From the NCBI RefSeq assembly GCF_006345805.1, contig NC_042997.1, positions 41,416,001 through 41,480,000 on the forward strand: a DNA stretch of 64,000 bases. The letters are read 5' to 3'. The stretch's first letter is position 1. Every line of letters starts with the position of its first letter. This stretch comes from Octopus sinensis (lineage: Eukaryota). Below are positions 12,336 through 22,769 of this stretch, piece after piece. Under the pieces are notes generated by a model. That model searched no databases, had not been told where the DNA came from, and saw only the letters and a list, made by a program, of their open reading frames with translations. The translations under genes were made by a program, and so were the position numbers.

Positions 12336-12336
<1 letters not shown>
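11145..12336 (-). mobile_element. R4/Dong-clade LINE 3' part (post-RT region, CCHC finger, restriction-like endonuclease)
   Basis: HHPKADVDRLYLPRAQGGRGL, LHGKY, WLRSSGLKAESEGFILAAQDQ; then C..C/H/C, ILWDFPVQTD..ANKP, VQKIVLTGTAHVLR*; (TTA)n at the 5' flank. Confidence 0.9.
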
Positions 12337-12369
<33 letters not shown>

Positions 12370-12865
12370 TGGATCCGGCTATCAGCTGAATCCATTGTGA
12401 AGATTGCCCCGCCGCTCTCTTTTGATTGGGAGAGGAAGGCAATTTTTATTTGTCTAGTGGCTGTAGCGAAAGAGGTAGTATGGTGGATCCGTTTGAAAGG
12501 GATAAAGACAGGTGCCTTTCTCTTTAGCCAAGTCCACATCAACTTTTTCAAGTTTCATTTGAAAAGGAAATTGAGGGTGGAGAGGGAAGTGTTGCCTTGT
12601 AGCAAGTTTGTTGAAAGGTGGGTGAATGGTGGAATAATGACCAGTGTGAAAGGACCAATTCTGAGCGTGGACCTGTAAACAAAAGAAGGGTTCTTTCCTT
12701 GTCGTTCAGGTACCTGTGGCTTGTATGGTTTTTTTTCACAAGGCCCTTCATGCGCTTCCCCTATTGGGAGTTTTAAATTGTTGCAAAACCCATTGTATCG
12801 TCTTTTATGTTGTATATGTTTAATGTAATTTTATGTAAGCCCTTGTGGCCAATAAACGAATTTAT
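12370..12865 (+). mobile_element. Tx1 (L1-clade) LINE 3' end
   Basis: ORF 12397-12678 (FICLVAVAKEVVWW.RLKG..FFKFHLKRKLRVER..FVERWV) resembles Tx1 ORF2 C-termini; ends CCCTTGTGGCCAATAAACGAA plus (TTA)n. Confidence 0.6.
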
Positions 12866-12879
12866 TATTATTATTATTA

Positions 12880-13395
12880 TTATTTCCTTTGCACAGCTTT
12901 AACACGGGAGATGTACCACGGTGTCACATGTTCACTACCTGTGAACTAAGGTAACACCTCTTATTTTTCGAGCACCTTCCAGAGTATTCAAGCGGTTCCA
13001 AGAAGTGCTGTTTTCTGCAAGTGCTCCACCGTTATTGCAGCCCCTATTTGTTCCATGTACTTCTCAAGATTTTTACTCACTATTTCCAGGGCTCCAACAA
13101 TTATTATTACTACTACCACCTTTTTCATCAACCACAACTGCTTAACCTCCCAAGTTAACCTCATATCTATCGACTTTTCTTTTTTCCTTGTCACATACCT
13201 TATTGTCTGCTGGGCATACTGTATCTATGATCCAGCATCGTTTGCTTTCTTTCTCAATTAAGACTATGTTTGGCTTCCTATTCTTTATCTCATGGTCGCA
13301 CTGAATCATAAAATCCCACAGGATCTTTACATTATCATTTTCGATGATGATGCAAAGAACCTGTGGGAATTTATGTTTCAGTGCTATCATGAGAT
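12880..13395 (-). mobile_element. R4/Dong LINE family A, 3' end
   Basis: KILWDFMIQCDHEIKNRKPNIVLI; VIIIVGALEIV..LQKTALLGTA; 3' UTR shared with 32330-32420; TAA repeats on both flanks. Confidence 0.85.
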
Positions 13396-13397
13396 AG

Positions 13398-13433
<36 letters not shown>

Positions 13434-13457
13434 TATTATTATTATTATTATTATTAT

Positions 13458-15085
13458 TATTCCATGTTTGACTTTTGCTTTATATTTGTACAAGTTGGCT
13501 CCAAGTCTCACCCAGAGACCTCAAGAGACAACAGGTTGGAAGTTCACGTTGTTGTTATGCCTAGTGTGCCATATATTTGGTTGTTTTTTTTGGTGTTGTA
13601 CTAGTGGATGTCTAAAAAAAATGTTTGTTTTAAACCTTGAGATTACATAGAAAGTATTTTGCGTAGGATATGAGCAGTTCCCATGAGCACTATCTTTTGA
13701 ATTTCTGCCATTTTGGGGTTTCCTGGTATCTGAGTTAGGTAGCAATCAGCCCCTTTTGCTATCATTCCCAGGGCACCTATGACAACAGGTATTGTTTTAG
13801 TCTTCAGGTTCCACATTTTGCTGATTTCTATTTCAAGATCTTTATATTTGCTCAGTTTTTGGTAGGTTTTGACAGATACGTTTATATCGATTGGGACAGT
13901 CATATCAATGGGGAGGCATGTTCTTTGTCTGAAGTCTTTCAATATGATGTCTGGCCTATTTGCATCTATCTTTCTGTCAGTTTGAATGGGGAAGTTCCAG
14001 TGGAGTGAGATGTGGTCATTTTTAAGCACTGGGGGTGGTTTGTGCTCCCACCAGTTTTTTCATGGGGCAAATCCAGGTTTTTGCAGATTACCCAGTGAAT
14101 ATATTATGCAGGTCTATCATGCCTGTTGTTGACATACACGGCATGTTGGGCTACTGCTGTTCTTTAATATGTTGGCCTGGTAGTTTCTTGTTGGTAGGCA
14201 TTGATCTTGAGCTGCTATGATAAACCCCTCTGTTTCAGATTTTAAGCCAGAGGCCATTAGCCATTGATGGGTCAGGGCTTTGTCAACATCTGCATTATTC
14301 GCTCTCTTTGGGTATTTGCCATAGAGAGATTTTTCTTGCCATTTATCATTCAGAATATCTAAGGCCGCAGTTTCAGCACGGGTTTTCATGCGCTTAGCTT
14401 TTTCTGTGCCCGTTTCTTGTATGTCTATGTCTAATTCCAAAATTTGTTGTATTCGGAATTCACTTAGATATTCCTTTGCCTGTTTTGTTACTGAGTATGA
14501 TGCTTTCTTGTTTTCATGTTTTGAGACAAGTTTTAACATCCAGTCCTCAGAGTTTTTCAGGTAGGTGTCTAGGCCAATTGTAGCAATCTTCATTGTTATT
14601 GCCAATTGTAAAAGTCCACAGCCTCCCTCTTTTCTTGGCAGATAAAGTCGTTCTGTATCTGCCTTAGGGTGGTGCATTCTATGCATTGTCAACAGTTTTC
14701 GTATTTTTCTGTCAAGATTACATATTTCAGTAATTGACCAGTTAACGATATTGAAACTGTAAGTCACGACTGGTATGGCTAATGTATTGATCGCTTAGAT
14801 CCTGTTTCTCGCATTCAGCTCTGTCTTGAGTATTGCTCTTAATCTGTGATAGCATTCTCTCCTGATCCTTTCCTTCATCTCTGAATGCCTTATTCCGTCC
14901 CCTTCAAATACCACTAGGTACTTGTATTTCTCTGCTGGGTCTAATTTTCTTTTATAACATTCTGCTGGTCAAGGTTAACGTTAGATGTTTCTGTCATTTT
15001 TCCTTTGATAAAGGTAGCTTTTGCACATTTATCGAGGCCAAATTGCATTCTGATGTCATCACTGAATTGTTTGACAATCGCCAGT
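13458..15085 (-). mobile_element. R4/Dong LINE family B (RT end to 3' UTR)
   Basis: ORFs 14117-14767 and 13643-14029 (WNFPIQTDRKIDANRPDII..KYKDLEIEI..PVVIGALG); QFSDDIRMQFGLDKCAK near 15020-15080; (TTA)n at both ends. Confidence 0.92.
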
Positions 15086-15099
15086 AAGCCCTATTATTA

Positions 15100-16782
15100 T
15101 TATTATCGCTTTATCACAGGTTTTGTTTGAGATCCTGGAGTATTGCATGCGTAGCGGGCTTACTACCTGCAGCCTACAGTGCCTGTTATTCGTTCTTTTC
15201 ACCTATCTAATACTTTCCTGATTATTCTGGCCGAGACAAGGAAGCAGACCTTATTTAACAATTCCACTGGGCAGTCTATTCCAATTTCCTTTATATTCTT
15301 CTTGATGCCTCCTGATACTGTTCCGAAGGACTAAACAATATTATTATCATATTATATAACTGTTCAATATTTAGTAGACTGGAAGGAAATTTCTATTGCA
15401 TCACTTGTAACACCTCCGAGTTGCTGGGGTCTGTGTAGTATTGCATGTTCTTTTCTGCTGCTGGGAGTGTGCGAATTCTTCCGGTACAGTATTGCGTTAG
15501 CTTTTTCTTTCCTTGAGGTATGGTGCTGTCTTTTATTGTGTTACTGCTTGTATTGTGTGTTGAGTGTGCAATGCGTTGGTTCCCGAGGTTGCTGGTGGGA
15601 GTTTATTTCCCTGGGTAAATGCTGTATAGAGTGTGTCTTGTACCTGTGAGTTGTTTTGTTTAGGTTTCATTATTGGATTGATAGTGTGTTGCATAGGATG
15701 TGGCCTGTTCCTAGCAGGGCTATTTTTGGGACAGTTTGTAGTGTTGAGGATCCAGATAAAGCTTTTACATTTTTATTCTTATGATTTTTTTTTATCATGC
15801 CCAATGATATTATTATTATTAGTATTGTTTTTGCGTTTATGCCCCATATTTTGAATACTTCAATTTAGAGCTTTTCTCTGTTTCTTTTTTGACACTATTT
15901 TGAAGGAACTGCAATGTCTATCAGTAAGCAGGTGTTTTTTTCCCCAATCCTTGACTATTATGTTTGGGCGATTAGCTTATATTTCTTTGTCAGTTAAAAC
16001 AGCATATCCCAGATGACTGTGGCCTGATCGTTGTCTTGGACGTTGCTTGGCACATGCTTATACCACCTGTTGTCAATTTTGATGTAATGTTGGCCTATTG
16101 TCCTGTGGATATAATTGCTTACTTTGTCATGTCTGTATATATATTCAGACATGGCAAGGACTGGGCAATCCGTATCTGTGTTGATTGCACATTCAGCATT
16201 TGGTTGAGGCCTGTTTTCAGTATTTTGTTTTATAATTGTTTGGAGTTAGGCATTGGTCTTCTGCAATGAGAATCAGTCCTACCGTTTCGGCTTTTAGTCC
16301 AGAGCTTTTGAGCCATTGTTGGATTTTACTTAGGCTCACTTCCTCTCTGTCAAGCCTTGCAGGGTATTGGCCATGAAGTCATTTTTCTCTCCATTTCTCT
16401 CCATGGACAATCCTTACCACATTGTCATGATGTCTCTTATATTCTTTCTGGGCTAGTGGCGTACATTGATTGATAATATACCATATGGTTTCACCATTTT
16501 TTCCACAAATTCTGCACTTATCATTTTCTGATGTGTTGTCTATTCTATATTTGATATAATTGGTTATTAATGCTTGATCTTAGGCAGCACAGATTAGAGC
16601 CTTCGTTTCCGGTTTTAAATCACATTTAGTCATCCATAGCCATCGTTTTTCTCTGTCTGTCTTATCTTCAACATCCCCATGAAATTGTCCATGCATTGTT
16701 TTCTTTACTCACCTATTTTCAATTACATTCATTCTCAATTGCTTGTACAATGCTTTATCTTTGCAATCTTCCATCCTAATGG
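15100..16782 (-). mobile_element. Mosaic of R4/Dong fragments (family C 3' end, probable N-terminal region, B-like/A chimera)
   Basis: 15105-15340 is homologous to 27960-28270; 16100-16385 reads QWLKSSGLKAET; 16400-16775 reads MEDCKDKAL..KCRICGKNGETIWY..HHDNV. Confidence 0.75.
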
Positions 16783-17185
16783 AGAATTTGTGGAAAAAAT
16801 GGTGAAACCATATGGTATATTATCAATCAATGTACGCCACTAGCCCAGAAAGAATATAAGAGACATCATGACAATGTGGTAAGGATTGTCCATGGAGAGA
16901 AATGGAGAGAAAAATGACTTCATGGCCAATACCCTGCAAGGCTTGACAGAGAGGAAGTGAGCCTAAGTAAAATCCAACAATGGTTCAAAAGCTCTGGACT
17001 AAAAGCCGAAACGGTAGGACTGATTCTCATTGCAGAAGACCAATGCCTAACTCCAAACAATTATAAAACAGGCCTCAACCAAATGCTGAATGTGCAATCA
17101 ACACAGATACGGATTGCCCAGTCCTTGCCATGTCTGAATATATATACAGACATGACAAAGTAAGCAATTATATCCACTGGACAAT
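16097..17185. repeat. Near-perfect inverted duplication (arms 16097-16513 and 16783-17185, 269-bp spacer)
   Basis: Arms are reverse complements apart from a 14-nt deletion and a few substitutions. Confidence 0.92.
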
Positions 17186-17189
17186 ACTC

Positions 17190-17460
17190 CATCGCTCCTA
17201 ACTGTCGCTATGAAGGTTTCCTTACTTTGGGCTTAATATCTCATTAAGCTCTCGAGTTCGATACGCACACAGTCTTCCATAACAATCCGTCCTCTTCCTC
17301 CATTTGTTCTCTTCGTGTATAGATGATCAATGTCTGCACGTTGATGATGGGCTCCATGCATCATCAGGAGCTTTCTTGACTTCCTGTCCATCAACTTTAC
17401 TTCCTCCTCTGCTCACTTCAGGATTCCAGCGACATACTGAACTACTGTGACTGCGGGCAA
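17190..17460 (-). mobile_element. R4/Dong family C fragment
   Basis: Homologous to 29082-29360. Confidence 0.8.
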
Positions 17461-17611
17461 GTTTATTTTTCTACCTGTCCGACGCGTTGGGTTTTTCTTC
17501 CTGAACGAAAATAACACCCGATGGAGGCCTCACTTCCACTCATGTTCATTTCTTCAACTCTACTCACTTTTTTGTCCCACATGCACACAACACACACAAA
17601 CAAGCACAAAC

Positions 17612-17665
<54 letters not shown>

Positions 17666-17788
17666 TGAATTATATATATATATATATATATTGGTGAATT
17701 GAGTTTCGCCATGGGCTCTTAGGAGCACAGTTCGATTGTTTTTTGCTCTGCCTCTGTTCTGTTTTTGTTTTCCAACGGATTTCCTTTT

Positions 17789-17875
17789 TTCTTCCTGAAG
17801 AGAAAGACACAATATGGTCCCATTATTCTATCGGATTTTGGTAATTTGTGCCTTTCGAAACACGTGTAGAATGAA
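17789..17875 (+). ncRNA. Type I hammerhead ribozyme (minimal, Penelope type)
   Basis: Stem I TTCTTC/GAA(T)GAA; core CTGAAGA 17795-17801; stem II GAAAGACACAA/TTGTGCCTTTC; GAAA 17857-17860; short stem III AC-ACGT-GT; cleavage triplet GTA 17866-17868. Confidence 0.7.
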
Positions 17876-18154
17876 ATAAAACGATTTCTGTTCAATCTGC
17901 GTTCAGCTCCAATTCTTCAATTCACCAATAATGTTTTAATTTTAATTTCAATTATCCGCACCAACGCACGGTTGCAACGCCAGATGGTTGTACCTCCAAC
18001 CGTGCTGTTCACTGCTGTGATTTTTGCTACTAAGGTATCGGTTAAACTTTTGATTAATCTACTACAAGATTATTCATCTTTCTATTTCACATATATATAT
18101 ATATATATATATATGCAAATGCGCATATATGTTATTTTGAAATGTATATGTATG

Positions 18155-18222
<68 letters not shown>

Positions 18223-18259
18223 TGTATGTATGTATCCATGTATATGTGTGTGTGTATGT

Positions 18260-18890
18260 ATGTATATATTTATACCTTGAAGACAGCTGCTGCTCGTGAA
18301 GTGAGAGATGCCACGCTGAGTTATCTATGGACTAATGCTGCTCCGTTTGTGCTTGCTTTTCAGAGTGTCCTTATACTTCAGTTAAGGCCTTCTTTGTTTG
18401 TGTGAACTGTACGTGAGCTCGCCATATACAATTCGTTTTTTTACAATAGGACAATTTATATTATTTAATCTCAGCCGAAGCAATTAATCTGATAACATGG
18501 CCAGTGCAGTGTAATATGGACTCAAAGCTTCATGAGCGAGTTCCTTGCAGCACTTCGTGGTCTGCCATCCTGTCTTATCAGCAAATGCCTATGGTCCTTG
18601 TGCGAAAATGTCCTGGCTGTTTGATGTGCCGGCGGCATGGGTTCTATGCTTCTCACCAAAAGAGCAGTTTAGAGACAACTACAGCCTTGTAGACCTTAAA
18701 CTTTGTTGACAGTCTGATGCCTTTCTGCTGGAGTACTTTCACTTTCAGTCTTCTAAATACCTGGCTGGCCTCGTGGATTTTGGGTGAAATTTCTATGTCA
18801 AGTGATCCATTGGGGGAGATTGTGCTGCCAAGGTACTCGTAATTATCCACACACTTCAGCTGAACTCCCGATATGGCCGAGCCTGTATGA
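18260..18890 (-). mobile_element. RTE-BovB fragment (post-RT), decayed
   Basis: YEYLGSTIS..SLDIEI..ASQVF.RL..TKFKVYKAVVVSKLL and IVYGELT..YKDTLK. Confidence 0.8.
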
Positions 18891-19022
18891 TTCTTTATAG
18901 GTATTTATATCCGTTTTTTGTATAGACTAATGCAGATCACTATTATTAAAATTATACAATGTGATTAAATAATTCAAACAAATTACTAAAAAGGTTTAAA
19001 CAGTTTTATTTTACCACAAATA

Positions 19023-21230
19023 TTAGTAAATTAACACACTGGTCTGTGGCGCATTCTCATCTTCGAATATATTAATTGTATCAATAAGTTTGTCTGAGAG
19101 AGAAATGGCAAAATCAAATTTAATATTAATTATTGACAATAATTTAGGTATCATAGAAGTCATCAATATCAAAGTAATCTTTGTGAAAACTGATAAGTCA
19201 AGATCATTTCGATTTATTATATTGTTGCAAGCAAAGAAGAAAGATACGATTAGAAACAGTTTCACAATGGATTTACCAATCTCGTATCTCAAAGGAAAAT
19301 GATGGCTAACAATTGTCTTGAGCAATTTAGCATTTATGAATTCCTCTCCGTATTTTTCCTGAACTAAATTTGGACGGAACATTTTAGTGAATTTTATAGA
19401 CTGAAATATTATTGACTGATACCGCTTTAGAAAGGCGTTCACAATTGCAATACCATAAACGAAAAACATGGCAAGAAACCATATGTAACCTACACAATCG
19501 GGTTTAGCAAGTACTACGATAGCTATGGTGAATATGTAGTTGCTTAAGATTTGAAAACTTACAAGAAATATGTAGATTGAACAAATCGCCCATGATATAT
19601 AAAATGGCAACGATAGAAATGTTAAAGGTACAGCAACTATCTTGAAAATATAATTGGGACTCAGATAGAGTGGGAAAATATAAACTTTGGAATAACTTAA
19701 TGGTAAAGTTAAAATCCAATAAACAATTGGGATTCCGTAATAAACGAGGCACAGAAATAATTCACAGACAGAAAATATAGCAAATAAAATTGTGATCGCA
19801 ATAAAAAACCAAAGCAATAGGAATTTCCAGAAAATATTTCTGTTGTAGTAATATAACCAAATTTTCTTTATACGGTTAATCCAAGTATAAACTATTAAAT
19901 GCCAGAAATTTGGGTTTAAAGCAGTAGAAATATTAGCTTTCATTATTGCATAAAGTAGATCATAATCCTGTTCTGTAGAAATATTTAAGCTGCCATATTT
20001 CTCTAATAATCTGATATTTTGAATGAGAAACGTGCAAGTGGATCTTTGATGTAATGTATAATATGCGAGAGTCTCACTTAAACGACTGGGAAGAACGAAG
20101 AGAATACAGTTGAAAAATATGTAGCCGATGAACCACAAAAAGGGACCCCCGAGGAAGCCACCTGTATTTTCATAACTTTCTGGAATTCCTAATATTAGGG
20201 CGCGAAAACCTAATGGTATGCGGTCTTGTATAAATATTTTTGTTGTTTCATATAAAAAGAAGTAATACATCAAAAGATCCAGGAGAATTACTGAAAGAAA
20301 AAACATAATGCAAAAGAATCTTCTTAGTCTTGAGGCAAAGAAAGAAGAATAATGGAAACAAAATAAGCAAGACAGAAAATGAGAGAAACTGTAAATACTA
20401 TGTTTTCCATTGATCCATTCTGATTCGTATGGCATTGTGTTTCGATAGTAATATGAAGGTAATTTGGCTTTTGAAACAAAACTAATAAGCAATGGGAAAA
20501 ATATCCACAAAACTGTTCCAACAATATTTTCATAATTGACAAACATACTATTTTCAATATTATTTCCTAAACAAATAGATTTGGGGTGATAAAGATTACT
20601 TTCGTTTTTATAGAGTTTACAGCAATAGTTCTTCACTATCTCCCGATTTATACCAATTCTACTGCAAGCTTCATATGCGTGAGGGCTGTTCTTCTTCATG
20701 TCTTGAGACAAATTTACAAAAAAACACATGTATCCTGATTTTCCCATTTGCAATTTATCGATAAATACGAGTTTCTTCAATTCCTTGAAAATCAAATATA
20801 TTATATCGCGTCTGTGAATATTTTGTTTTCTACATTTTATATCGATATTAATTCTTGGATAAGCAATATAGACATCTAACAAATTCAAAGAGTAAATTGA
20901 AAAATCATAGTAGAAATTTTTATATGCTATTAAACCGTCTGGTTCGTCTGGAATCCAGGTAAATTGTCTCGCGTTTGCAAAATAATCCAATGGTACAGGA
21001 TTAAGAAGGTCATCAAGTGTCTTGTTTGATAAATGGAATTCAAAATTGAAAACCTTTTTTTCCAATTTTACTAAACGAGATAAAATCTCACTGACATTGG
21101 GAGGGATTTTAATTTCACAAGCATTGTCGAGTTCCTTCGCATCGATGTTTAGTGATGTCAGTGTGATAATAAGAATGATTGAAAGAATAAGAGAACTGGT
21201 TGCTGTTATTGTCGTCTGCATGGCAGCCAT
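19023..21230 (-). CDS. Uncharacterised 735-aa membrane protein: signal peptide, ~200-aa Cys-containing ectodomain, roughly 9-11 TM segments; single coding exon
   Basis: Uninterrupted 2208-nt ORF in AT-rich DNA; hydrophobic N-terminus (LILSIILIITLTSLNIDA); sequons NVS, NKT, NLS, NES; many hydrophobic stretches; splice acceptor ttttattacAG about 10 nt upstream of the ATG (near 21241); conserved paralog at 33257-34123. Confidence 0.9.
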   Translation of the reverse strand: MAAMQTTITATSSLILSIILIITLTSLNIDAKELDNACEIKIPPNVSEILSRLVKLEKKVFNFEFHLSNKTLDDLLNPVPLDYFANARQFTWIPDEPDGLIAYKNFYYDFSIYSLNLLDVYIAYPRINIDIKCRKQNIHRRDIIYLIFKELKKLVFIDKLQMGKSGYMCFFVNLSQDMKKNSPHAYEACSRIGINREIVKNYCCKLYKNESNLYHPKSICLGNNIENSMFVNYENIVGTVLWIFFPLLISFVSKAKLPSYYYRNTMPYESEWINGKHSIYSFSHFLSCLFCFHYSSFFASRLRRFFCIMFFLSVILLDLLMYYFFLYETTKIFIQDRIPLGFRALILGIPESYENTGGFLGGPFLWFIGYIFFNCILFVLPSRLSETLAYYTLHQRSTCTFLIQNIRLLEKYGSLNISTEQDYDLLYAIMKANISTALNPNFWHLIVYTWINRIKKIWLYYYNRNIFWKFLLLWFFIAITILFAIFSVCELFLCLVYYGIPIVYWILTLPLSYSKVYIFPLYLSPNYIFKIVAVPLTFLSLPFYISWAICSIYIFLVSFQILSNYIFTIAIVVLAKPDCVGYIWFLAMFFVYGIAIVNAFLKRYQSIIFQSIKFTKMFRPNLVQEKYGEEFINAKLLKTIVSHHFPLRYEIGKSIVKLFLIVSFFFACNNIINRNDLDLSVFTKITLILMTSMIPKLLSIINIKFDFAISLSDKLIDTINIFEDENAPQTSVLIY

Positions 21231-21325
21231 ATTTCGTTATCTGTAATAAAAAGAAAATAGAATACATAAAACAATGAAGATTCATTTTAGGTTCATTACT
21301 CCATAGATATTTCAAACAGAAAATA

Positions 21326-21706
21326 TCTCTCTCTATATAAACGGCAGTTTGTCTGTGCGTGTTTCTGGTGTCTGTTTGCTTGTACCTTCACCTGACCACG
21401 GCTTTCAACCGATTCTGATGAAACTTGACACACACATAGCCCAATGTCATAATTCAAAACTAACGCAGCGAAAATTTTGAAAAGTTCCCCAGTTCTGAAA
21501 AAAATCGATAAATTCGACATGGGGTCGAGAATAAAAAAAAAACAAACCACAGACTGTCTAGGGGACGCAACTCAACCTTTTTTTACTCTCAAAAAAAATT
21601 TACCATCATTTGTTTCCATTTTTTGCTATTTTTTGGCTATAACTCTCTAAAAATGCTTTATAGTTATTTCCTTACAAACCTGAGCAACGCCGGGTGATAC
21701 TGCTAG
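21326..21706 (+). mobile_element. Complete non-autonomous Helitron
   Basis: Host A then 5' TC; GTTTGTCTGT and CCGATTCTGATGAAACTT motifs; 3' GC-rich GAGCAACGCCGGGTGATACTG then CTAG, followed by host T. Confidence 0.85.
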
Positions 21707-22226
21707 TTCATTATAAAACTGAAAGTAAATTTTTTTTTTTTTTCAATTTTAAATATAAATATTAATGTCTGGATATTTTAGTTGTATTTTGCATTTTCCA
21801 CACCCCTAATTATCTATCTTTAACATTTCCAGGTTTGTTGATTATTTAAATTTATTGGAGCACAAGAAATGACAGATCTTGTATGGAATGTGTTGTTTCC
21901 TAGTTCAAGAATTATATAATTTTAATCAAAAGAGCAAAATTAACATCACTGCTGAATCAAGTGATATGATATTTGAAATGAAAATATAAATGTATGAATA
22001 TAAAATAAATAAATAGTTATAAAAATTTTAGACGAAAGGCAATGTTAAAAAGCGCGAAACTGTTAGGACATGCCGGCCATTGACGGAAGAGGAAATCAGC
22101 TGCGACTATTGCATGTGTCTTGATCTGGTCCAGTTTCCCATTTGTTATGTTTTCGTCTAGTTTTCCGTATGTTGTGTTTTTGTTGGTTTTTTGCTTGCTG
22201 TGTGTTATACATATACATATCTATTT

Positions 22227-22274
<48 letters not shown>

Positions 22275-22456
22275 GGAGAGTTTGCAAAAAAAACAAAAAA
22301 AACAAAGACAGGTGGTGTACAAAACAAACAAATGTATTAATATAACGGTTAGGAATAGAAAAAGATTTGTATGTTTCGAGCCTACGCTCTTCTACAGAAA
22401 AGGATACACAAAAAACAAGGAGAGAAAAAAATGTGTGCAGTGGCTAACGATCTATT

Positions 22457-22487
<31 letters not shown>

Positions 22488-22769
22488 AAGTATATATTTG
22501 AATAATGTGGGAAAACGAATTTCCAAATTGACCAGGTACACACTCTTTAACATTATATGCATTTTAATCTGGAGAATATATATACCGTGTATTCAACATC
22601 ACCATATCGTGCAGTGGCGTCGTGATTATAATATATTTATATAGAAATATAAAAAATATATAATAATATAAATTAATAATAGTTCAGTTATTGGGATTTC
22701 AATCAATAAGATTTGTGGGTATTCCATTTGAGATAATGCAAAAATAACATAACGTGTATTTATGTCGGA

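Noticed and set aside
19023-21230. Assignment as cephalopod chemotactile receptor, GPCR or protocadherin
   Set aside because: No Cys-loop with four TM layout, no 7TM motifs and no cadherin repeats.
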